A stretch of 64,000 bases of DNA from Heterodontus francisci. Taxonomy: Eukaryota. The notes under the pieces were generated by a model. That model did not search any database. It worked only from the letters and a program-made list of their open reading frames with translations, and was not told the DNA's origin. Shown piece by piece: positions 52,276 through 64,000 of this stretch (within the stretch, counting starts at the first letter, position 1; the number at the start of each line of letters is the position of its first letter). The stretch is taken from the NCBI RefSeq assembly GCF_036365525.1, contig NC_090411.1, forward strand, positions 31,760,432 to 31,824,431, written 5' to 3'. Position numbers and translations under genes: made by a program.

Positions 52276-54626
52276 TCACTCTTCCCCCAGCATGTGCTTG
52301 TCAAACAGGTACTCTCCCATGCCATTGTCAGGGGCTCCCAGTCTCTTCAGGTTGGTGATGTGATCTCCAAGCTTCTTGATCATCTTCACTTGCTCATCCA
52401 AGTAGTGAGTCTCCAGGAAGTCACACAACTAGAACATAAGAGGAAAACTGGTTATGTCCAGCAGCAGATAAATGAATGTTTCAGCTATCTCTTGGACTGG
52501 AGGATAGTCAAACTTACACCACAATGCAGGTTTGCTCCGGTGATGCAGTAATTGCTGTACAATAGGTGCTTAGTTCCCAGGATCATGGAGACATTGACTT
52601 CTCAAAAATAATGGTCTACTTTACCCTCCATTCCCTAAAGATCTCAGGAGGCACACCAACACAACTATCAGCTCATGATATTCCACCACCTCATATTAAA
52701 AGCATTAAGAACTTACATGAGGGTCAGTGTTGCCAGTGGAGAGTTTGTGCAGATCCAGCAGACTCTGGTTCACATCCTTCTCCATTTGCAGAGCTCTCTG
52801 CATTGCCTCCAGACCATTGCTCCACTCATCCTGCTCTGGCTTCTGAAGAGGACATTTAAAAATGCATCATCAGTTCCTATGGCCAACTTTGAGAATAGCA
52901 GTCAAGGAGTTGGTTTCTCTCAATAGCAAGTATTCAGTTCAATACTGAATAAACACCTGCAAGTTTAAAAGATTCCACCTAGTCTGACAGCAGAGGAGAT
53001 ACTATCCTGTGAACTAATAGCCAAAAGAAGTAGAGATTAGAAACCAGGGTTATTCAAGTTCACAACAGAAAAAAAAAAAGGAGGCCATTCTGCCCATCAC
53101 ATCTTGGCTCTTAAATGAATCCACTCATTCAGCTGCCCTGTATCCTCTTCACTTCCATGTCCATCTACTCCTTCCCTTACAAGATCCAATGGTCTTTGCT
53201 TTGGGTTATTACTTCATAACTAGTTTTTCCAATTTGCAATCATCCTGAATCTACCTTGTCATCTATGGCTTCAATGTCCTTTATCAGCACTGTTCCAGCT
53301 GCCACATTGTTATGTACAAGTTAACTAGCTTGGTTGCTTATGAATGCAATGTTCCTATAGCTAAGCAATTATATTGCCAGCCCACCACAGCCTTGTGTCT
53401 CATGTGATCCATTACTAGTATTTCTCCACAGCTGACCTTGATATCCACTAGGCTGATACGCCCACCACGTTTATTCTGGAATTTCAGCAGTTTCTCAGCC
53501 TGCTCCCATTCCTCATGTGACTGCTCCTTGAAGAACTCAGCAAAGTGACGCAGGGCAACATCATCCCGGTCAAAATAGAAGGACTGTAGGCACAAGAGTG
53601 AATTATACCAAAATGAATTAGTGAGCAACAGAAATAGTGTCAACATGGATCAAATTGCCAAGTTTGATCATGCAAATGATACATTACTGATTTGCAACTC
53701 AAGTTTACCCAAAGAATGGAATAAATTTCTGACATAGAACTAAAGATTTTCAATACCCACAATACAATGGAAGCCTTGAAGTGGGTCTGTGCCCTCACCA
53801 GGTCAGAGAACTTTAGTGCAGAATAGGATAGAATGCAATCCAAAAAACCCAACATTTAAGACAGATATGCTGAGCTTTGTCCAGTCCCAGGTAGTGGAGG
53901 CAGCATACATTGCCATACCCAGAGTCCAATAACAGATATTGGAGTTTGTTTGACTTTAGGTACTAGTTTTATGAGCTGTATCTTCTGACAAGGGGGCAAC
54001 CACAAAAGTAAAAACACTCCCCAATTATATTTTATCCAAATATGAAAGTTTTGTATTGTTTAGAAAAAAAAAGTCATGCTCCCACTCAAGTTTGAATAAA
54101 ACTTTTCAGAAAGGTGAACACAGTTTGTAAATCACCAATTTGCCTTCAGGCATAATAGCTTAAGCAGATTTGTCTACAAGATTTTAGCTTTAATAAAAAA
54201 GGGCATGATGTAGGATCAAGTGTATATAGCTAGTTAAATGCTAATAGATGCATTTTCACTTAACAACTCACTAACAGGGTCATGTAGACTTACTATAGGC
54301 AAGGTCACTTAACTCAGAAGGCATTCACAGGCTAATATTTAAGATTAGGACTGCATTAGTTTTCATAAAGTGATGAGCAAAGGTTGTGGTCAATTTGACA
54401 GAATCAATGATAAGAAAAAGTATAAAATTATTAGAACAGTTAACAACATTAAAAAGTTAATTGACGAGATAACAACTCCACATTAGTTAATAAAACCAAA
54501 TAGACTCAAAGAAACAAAGTATACCATGGACAGGTAAACATAAGAGGAATGGAGCTCCAGGTTAATCTGCTTATTAACAGCATCCTCACAGTCCTTGTGA
54601 TAGTTCTGACGCACTTGGGAATCCAT
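52276..54626 (-). CDS. Ferritin heavy/middle-type subunit, copy 10 (175 aa, divergent; His65>Gln)
   Basis: Exons 54525-54626 ([17 protein letters not shown]), 53437-53583 ([23 protein letters not shown]), 52717-52842, 52276-52428. Ends DKHMLGEE*; TATA 54674-54681; AATAAA 52175-52180. Confidence 0.92.
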
Positions 54627-54673
54627 CTCCACTATAGCAGCTCACAATCACCTAGAAAATTCTAGAACTCTTA

Positions 54674-54865
54674 TATTTATACTATTGGATCAGTCTGACT
54701 TCAAACAGAGAATGACATCACAAATGATGATTGACAATCCCTGATAGCCAGTTAGGAATCTCCCATGAATCCAGGCACCACTTGACAAAGGAGAGGGGGT
54801 GTGGGGGAGGATGATGGGGGGGATGGAGGATGATGGGGGGGGGAGACCCAGAGTCAATCAGCCAA
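54674..54865 (-). promoter_or_regulatory. Conserved ferritin-array promoter, copy 10 (proximal part)
   Basis: TATAAATA, TGACATCA, GGGAGATTCC (54755-54764); the distal part is displaced to ~58590-58635. Confidence 0.7.
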
Positions 54866-55004
54866 TCCAATAGGAAATAGTAGCATAGCAGTTATATTAC
54901 TGGGACTAGTAATTCAGAAGCCTGAACTAATGATCCAGTGGACATAAGTTGAAATCCTTTCATAGCAGGTGGGGAATTTAAATTCAGTTAATAAATATAT
55001 CAGT

Positions 55005-58000
55005 ATTCTGCACTGTGGTTGACTCTTAATTGCCTTCTGAGATGGCTGAGCAAGCCACTCAGTTGTATGAAATGAAAATGTCAAATAAGAATTAAATCGG
55101 ATGGATCACTCAGCTTTGACATAGCATCAGATACAACAAATGCACACTCTGCTCAGTCAACCCTGCAAAGTCCTCCTCCCTCATGTCCGGGGACTTGTGC
55201 CAAAATTGGCAGAACTGTTCCACAGACTAGTCCAACAACAGCCTGACATACTCATACTCACAGAAGCATACCTATTAGCCAATATCCCAGATTCACCCAT
55301 TCCTATCCCTGGGTATGGCCTGTGCCACAGGCAGGGCAGACTCACTAGAAATGGCAGCATTGTGGCATATAGTTGGTCTGGGTGTCCTTAACATTGACTC
55401 TGGACCCTATGAAGTCTCAAGGCATCACGCCAAATGTGGGCAAGGAAACCTCCTGCTGATTACAACCCTACCTCAGCTGATGAATCAATACTCCTCCTTG
55501 TTGAACACCATTTGGAGAGGCACTGAGGGTAACAAGGGCACAGAATATATTCTGGGGGACATCAATGTCCATTATCAAGAGTGGCTCAGCAGCACCATGG
55601 CTGGTTGAGTCCTGAAAGACATACCTGTCAGGCGAGGACTGCCGTAGGTACTGAGAGAACCAACAGGAGGGAAAAACCCACTTGACCTCCTCCTCACCTA
55701 CCTGTTGCAAATGCATCTGTCCTTACAGTGTTGGTAAGAATGACTACAGCACAGTCCTTGTGGAGACAAAATCCTATGTTTACACTGAGGACACCCTCCA
55801 TCGTATTGTGGGGCACTACCGCACATGGGATAGATTAAGAATAGATCTAGCAGCTCAAAACTGGGCATCCATGAGGCACTGTGGGCCATCAGCAGCAGCA
55901 GAATTGTATTCAACCACAATCTGGCATATCCCTAACTCTAACATTACCATCAAGCCAGAAGCAGCACCAGGCAACCTAAAAATGAAGTACCACGCTGGTG
56001 AAGCTACAATGCAAGACAGAATTAGGCAATCCCAATGAATCAGATCAAAGCTCTGCAGATCTGTCATATCTAGTCAGGAATTGATAAGGTGTCGTCAACA
56101 GTGCTATCAAGCAGCACTTACTCACCAATAAGCTGCTCAGTTTGGGTTCCACCAGGATCTTTTGGCTCCAGACCACAATACAGCCTTGGTCCAAACATGG
56201 ACAAGCAGCTGAATTCCAGAAGTAGAGTGACTGCCCTTAACATCAAGGCAGCATTTCACCAAGTTTCACATCAAGAAACCCGAGTAAAATTGAAGGCTAT
56301 GAGAATTGGGGAAAATCCTCCACTGGCTGGAGTCATACCTGGCACAAAGGAAGATGGTTTTCATTGTTGGAAGTCATTCCCCTCAGCCCCAGAACGTTGC
56401 TGCAGGATTTCCTCAGGACAGTTCCTAGGCCCAAATATGCTTCATCAATGGTCTTTCCTCCATCACAAAGTTAGAAGTCGGGATGTTTGTTAATGATTGT
56501 CCAGTGTTTGTTGCATTTGCAACTCTTCAGATAATGCAGCAGTCTGTACCTGCAAGCAGTAAGACCTGGATAACATTCAATCTTGGGCTGATAACATTCT
56601 CACCACACAAGTACCAGTCAATAAGCATCTCCAACAAGAGAGAATCTATCCTCTCCCCTTGACATTCAACTGCATTACCATCACTGAATCCCCCAGAATC
56701 AACATCCTGGGGCTTACCATTTACTAGAAACTGAACTGGACCAGTGATATAAATGCTGTGGCTACAAGAGCAGGTCACAGGCTGGGAATTCTGTGGTGCA
56801 TAACTCACCTCCTGACTCCTCAAAGCCTGTCCACCATCTACAAGGCACAAGTCAGGAGTGCGGTGGAATATTCTCCACTTCCCTAGATGAATTCAGCTTC
56901 AGCAACACTCAAGAACAAAGAACAAAGAGAACAAAGAACAGTACAGCACAGGAACAGGCCATTCGGCCCTCCAAGCCTGCGCCGATCTTGATGCCTGCCT
57001 AAACTAAAACCTTCGGCACTTCCGGGGCCCATATCCCTCTATTCCCTTCCTATTCATATATTTGTCAAGATGTCTCTTAAACGTCGCTATCGTATCTGCT
57101 TCCACCACCTCCCCCGGCAGCAAGTTCCAGGCACTCATCACCCTCTGTGTAAAAAAACCTGCCTCGCACATCCCCTCTAAACTTTGCCCCTCGTACCTTA
57201 AACCTATGTCCCCTAGTAACTGACTCTTCCACCCTGGGAAAAAGCTTCTGACTATCGACTCTGTCCATGCCGCTCATAACTTTGTAAACCTCTATCATGT
57301 CGCCCCTCCACCTCCGTCGTTCTAGTGAAAACAATCCGAGTTTTTCCAACCTCTCCTCATAGCTAATGCCCTCCAGACCAGGCAACATCCTGGTAAACCT
57401 CCTCTGTACCCTCTCCAAAGTCTCAACGTCCTTCTGGTAGTGTGGCGACCAGAATTGCACGCAATATTCTAAGTGTGGCCTAACTAAAGTTCTGTACAGC
57501 TGCAACATGACTTGCCAATTTTTATACTCTATGCCCCAACCGATGAAGGCAAGCATGCCGTATGTCTTCTTGACTACCTTATCCACCTGCGTTGCCACTT
57601 TCAGTGACCTGTGGACCTGTACGCCCAGATCTCTCTGCCTGTCAATACTCCTAAGGGTTCTGCCATTTACTGTATACCTCCCACCTGCATTAGACCTTCC
57701 AAAATGCATTACCTCACATTTGTCCGGATTAAACTCCATCTGCCATTTCTCCGCCCACGTCTCCAACCGATCTATATCCTGCTGTATCCTCTGACAATCC
57801 TCATCATTATCCGCAACTCCACCAACCTTTGTGTTGTCCGCAAACTTACTAATCAGACCAGCTACATTTTCCTCCAAATCATTTATATATACTACAAACA
57901 GCAAAAGTCCCAGCACTGATCCCTGCGGAACACCACTAGTCACATCCCTCCATTCAGAAAAACACCCAGAAGCTTGACACCATCCAGGAAAAAAACAGCC

Positions 58001-58358
58001 TGCCTAATTGGAAGCCCATCCACCACCTTCGACATTCACTCCCTCCACCACCGACGCACAGTGGCAGCCGTGTGTACCATCTACAAGATGCACTGCAACA
58101 ACTCACCTTTGACAGCATCTTCCAAACTTAGCGACCTCTACCACCTAGAAGGACAAGGGTAGCAGGCACATGGGACACAACCAGCGTCAAATTCCCCGCC
58201 AAATGATACAACATTCTGAAACTCATTCCAAACTGCACTGCAGTGTACCTACTCGACAAGGACTGCAGCGGCTCACCACTTTCTCAAGGGCAATTAGGGA
58301 TGGGCAATAAATGCTGGCCTTGCCAGTGATGTGCACGTCCCATCAACTAATAGAAAAA
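55005..58358 (+). mobile_element. Long decayed CR1/L2-group LINE (APE + RT remnants)
   Basis: HVRGL..PDILILTEAYL..IPGY and ILGDINVH (APE); TALNIKAAF (RT); HRRTVAAVCTIYKMH; 3' end shared with 24666-25582. Confidence 0.8.
56911..57965 (-). mobile_element. Young 5'-truncated CR1 LINE nested in the older LINE
   Basis: 288-aa ORF 57077-57943 ([29 protein letters not shown]) and an (AAGAACA)n tail. Confidence 0.9.
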
Positions 58359-58869
58359 AGCTAATATCAGCAATGGTGACCATGAAATTACCAGATTATC
58401 ATAAAAACCCATCTGGTTAACCAATGTCCTTTAGGGTAATAGATCTGACATCCTTACCTGATCTGGCCAATATGTAATTCCACTGCAATGTGGTTGACTC
58501 AACTTCCCTCTGAAATGGCCTCGAAAGCCACTCTGCCATAAATGCTGGTCTTGCCAGCGATGCCCGTAACCTGTGAATGAATTAAAAGAAAATGGGCTGG
58601 CTTTGGCAATTGGTCTTGGTGATGTCACTGCTTGGAACTTTTTTGATGGTCCAATAATGATGATGCTGGGTTGCCCAGAGTGACCAATTAATAGTCATCA
58701 CAACATGTACTCCTTTTATTTTTTTAGTCAAAGTGTTTTGGTTCTACTCATTTGGCTGCCAACTCGGATGATTAAATCATCAATTGGAAATACTTAAACC
58801 ATAAATGTCCCCCTTTTAAAGGGCCACAAACAATAGAATCACAATAAATTATAATCAAACTAATATAAA

Positions 58870-59150
58870 AAAACTATCAAATTATAATTTTACTCTCTGT
58901 ATCCACTGTGCACTGCAGTCCCTCCGGTGCCCACCGATCACAGAAATCTCGAGTGTATTGGTTGTCACCGTATGCTCCCTCTTCAGGGACACCGGGCACA
59001 GGCATGGCCATGGAAGAGATGCGGGTAGCTGGACAAATCTGTCCCCTCGACCATGCTCTGCCTGGACCTGATGGGGTAGCCACCTTGGCCAACCCCAGGA
59101 GCAGACCCACAAGGAGGTCCTCTCACCCGTTCCCCTCCACACCAAGTGGC
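58870..59150 (-). mobile_element. Tx1/L1-clade LINE 3' remnant
   Basis: DLLVGLLLGLAKVA...FCDRWAPEGLQCTVD resembles the Tx1 ORF2 C-terminus. Confidence 0.6.
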
Positions 59151-59779
59151 CAAGATCAGGAGAGTGGGATTGAAGTGAAAAGTGCCTCTTTTAGGTCACC
59201 AGTAATATGAGATAGTCAATTCAGCTAAAAAGATTCAAAATATAAGGATCAAGTGCCATTGCAACAAAAAGATACCTTCCCTACAAAATCAGGATCTTAT
59301 TTTTGACGTGCAAGATACTGTAAATCCTGAGGTGCCCACTGGTGGCAGAAGGCATCCAGGGTACCAGTGGACACCACATGCTCCCTCCCTCAGGGCCATC
59401 TGGGCAACTGCAAGACGATAGAAGAGAAACAGGCAGACAGAATGACCCCACCCAACCAGCTGTCCACCATCCCAACCCCATGGGCCTAACCAGTCCTGGA
59501 ACAACAAATTGCTGAATTAGCTATGCCTAGCAAGCCCAAAAGAAGATCCTGACTTTCTCTCACTCGTCCCTTCGCATCCTGCGGCTACAGATCTAGTAAC
59601 ATTGGGGAAACATAGTGTCTCCTTATGTGTTACTTTAGAAAAGAATACCATTCGTGATGATCATGATTGTTTATTTTTGCTTCCCACGTGTAATATTTTG
59701 AACTTGTCTGCAGTATTCATCCAATGGGGCCCATCAGCAAAGTTCTGCCTGGTCTGAAGTATCATCCCCACTGCACCTT

Positions 59780-59937
59780 ATCCTTGATTGGTGTCCTCTG
59801 TGAGTATAGAGCTCTGATTGGTTACTGGGAGTTGTTACTCATCAGCTGGAATGTCACTCCCTGTATTTAAGGCGCGCTGTCCACATACTATAAATACTGG
59901 AGCTTGGTAGGGAATTAGGTTTATTTAGGAAGTTAGA
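59780..59937 (+). promoter_or_regulatory. Promoter/leader of copy 11
   Basis: Two inverted CCAAT boxes (GATTGG at ~59786 and ~59816); TATAAATA at 59889-59896, only 41 nt above the ATG. Confidence 0.65.
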
Positions 59938-61937
<2,000 letters not shown>

Positions 61938-63642
61938 ACTGACTGCAGGGTTCAAGCTTGTTTTGTTTAATAATGTATGTAGGCCTTGCTCTTTCTGTCA
62001 TCTTTTTAGGGACTGATTGCTTGTGTTTTGTAGAAGAACTGTGAACTGGGCTCTCCAATATGAAATATAATTGAATAAAGTGTTTAAAATGGCCCTCTTG
62101 AGTGGTTGCTTATTCTGTAATAACCAGAAATTATGAACTTTCTGCAGTAGCTCCTCACTCTCGTCACTCTTGTGGTATGTGCTGGTACTTTCCTTCTGGT
62201 GTATTGACATGATTTTGTATTTCTGAGCCATACGATGGTGTAAACTTGATTCTATGTGTACCATGAATGTAATTGACAAAGCAATGATCATGTTGCAACT
62301 GGCCATAACCACCAATGCTGTCATTCAAGTCACTACTGCTGACACATACTTATCTTGCCCCTTTCCACAAATGGCAACAAGCTCTTGTTAATTGATCAAT
62401 ACAGCAAGACATGAACACCAGGAAAGTTTTTCCAGTGGGTTTGGTATTAAACCATTTCAGAGTAATGACCATAAAGCTGTGGTTTAGTATCCTATTTAAG
62501 AATAGTACCTGCTCTTGGAAGTTCAATACCTAATTTTTGAAGTCTGGTTCTGTACCTCAGCTACTACAAACAGCTCATTACTTCTGTTGCAGACTCTGGT
62601 AAGCTTGGTGGCAGTGCAGAGTAGACCTACTCACAGTAGTAACTTGAGCTCACTTGCATTAAGTTATTAAACTCATCACACGCAGGCCACTGTGATTGGG
62701 GAAATCAAGGTAAAATGCTATGTCTGCTTGCTTTTAACTGGCAACTTGTGGGGAAATGTGTGCTGAGAGCCACTCCTATTTCCTTACCCCCTACAACCCT
62801 TCTACAGGACTGAGGAACTGACTATAGTACTAAAGGAAAAATAAGAGCATATGGAACTATACATCAGCAAATGGAAGCAAAGGCATTTCATCAAATAACT
62901 CAACACACCAAGCATGTTACACAAAGCTATTTCTCCTGAAACACTTTGACCATACAACGGCTCAATGAATTCAATAGGGAATTGGAAATATTGAATTTAC
63001 AAAGCTTTGGGCTGCTTGAATAGGTGCTAATTTAGTTTTGACAAGGAAATTGCATATACTTGAAATAAAAAATTTCAAAGGGGTAAATGAAAGATGTGAT
63101 GGGCCGAATGGCCTCTATCTGTGCTTGTATGGTTCCATATCCCAATATTCTTGGGCTCTCCATAAATGTATCACTTTGTATTTTGGTCCAGTGTGCATTT
63201 TAAAACAAATAGCAATCATTGTTTCTAAATTGTACTGGATTTGTCTTCTGTGATTCAAATATGGATGCAGCTGTAATAATGCAGTGTGTACAATGAAGTT
63301 TCAGAACTTAGTTGAGTCCTGCACTGGGTACAATGATATTGCAGTCTTCAGTCATCCCACATTAATGTCTTTGCATCTCTCAAAGGCACTTTTGGAGATT
63401 AATAGCACCTCATTTCATACACCGATGAGATAAAATTCTACAAGTTAGTGTGGATTTGAGTGCTGTTTGGTTTAACTGATCCATATTTCAGAAAAAGCAA
63501 TGGCTTCAGCTGACTCATTGTGTTGATCTTGGATTTGAATGAGCTGCAAACATTCTCTGGACTATGTTCGCAACTGAGGTCAATCTTTACCCCACTCCAT
63601 GCTGATACATTTCCTACAGTGTGACTACGAAGAATAGCAGGC

Positions 63643-63825
63643 TAAAGGCCTGCTACCTGACCCGAATCTGACGGGACCCGACGACGTGTGTCGGGTTCGG
63701 GATGGGTCGCTCTTCCGGATCAGACTTTCGGGCTCGGGTTGGGTCAGGTGTGGGAAAAAATGGAAGGACTCGGGCCAGGCCGGGTTCGGGTCGGGTTTTT
63801 TTTCCAGACCCGAGCAAGCCTCCTA
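63643..63825. mobile_element. Short CpG-rich non-autonomous DNA transposon (hAT-like MITE)
   Basis: Imperfect termini TAAAGGCCTGCT / AGCAAGCCTCCTA and many CCCGA/TCGGG subterminal motifs. Confidence 0.55.
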
Positions 63826-64000
63826 ATTGATGGACTAGAACTTATGTTTTTTTCTCCAGAAGAAAAATTTCTGTCTTTACATTTGAAGGGATTGGGTGAT
63901 GGGGGCACAGTTTTAATCCAAGGGAACACATCACATCATCAAATCCAGGACTGAAAATCTGAATCTCTTTTGCATGGATTCGGGGAAGGTTCCATTAGAT

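Overview
Vertebrate genomic DNA, very likely shark/chondrichthyan judging by HE1/V-SINE-type, Deu-type SINE and CR1/L2/RTE/Tx1 repeats. The window is a tandem array of at least 11 four-exon ferritin (heavy/middle-type) genes. Ten lie on the minus strand (copy 1 runs off the left edge) and one on the plus strand, head-to-head with copy 10. Eight complete copies look intact (173-176 aa); copies 4 and 9 are pseudogenes. Main observations: (i) exons are almost nucleotide-identical across copies, including the inverted copy and the pseudogenes, while introns are strongly diverged, suggesting exon-focused concerted evolution; (ii) intact copies have short 5' leaders with no iron-responsive element (IRE), and the minus-strand copies share a TATA/TGACATCA/CCAAT/kB-like promoter; (iii) the dead copy 9 has a different 5' end carrying what looks like a decayed IRE; (iv) copies differ at functionally meaningful residues (ferroxidase His65, four-fold-channel His/Leu173, C-terminus). 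Copy-specific transposon insertions can be read against empty sites in paralogous units. All comparisons were made by eye; repeat boundaries are approximate.
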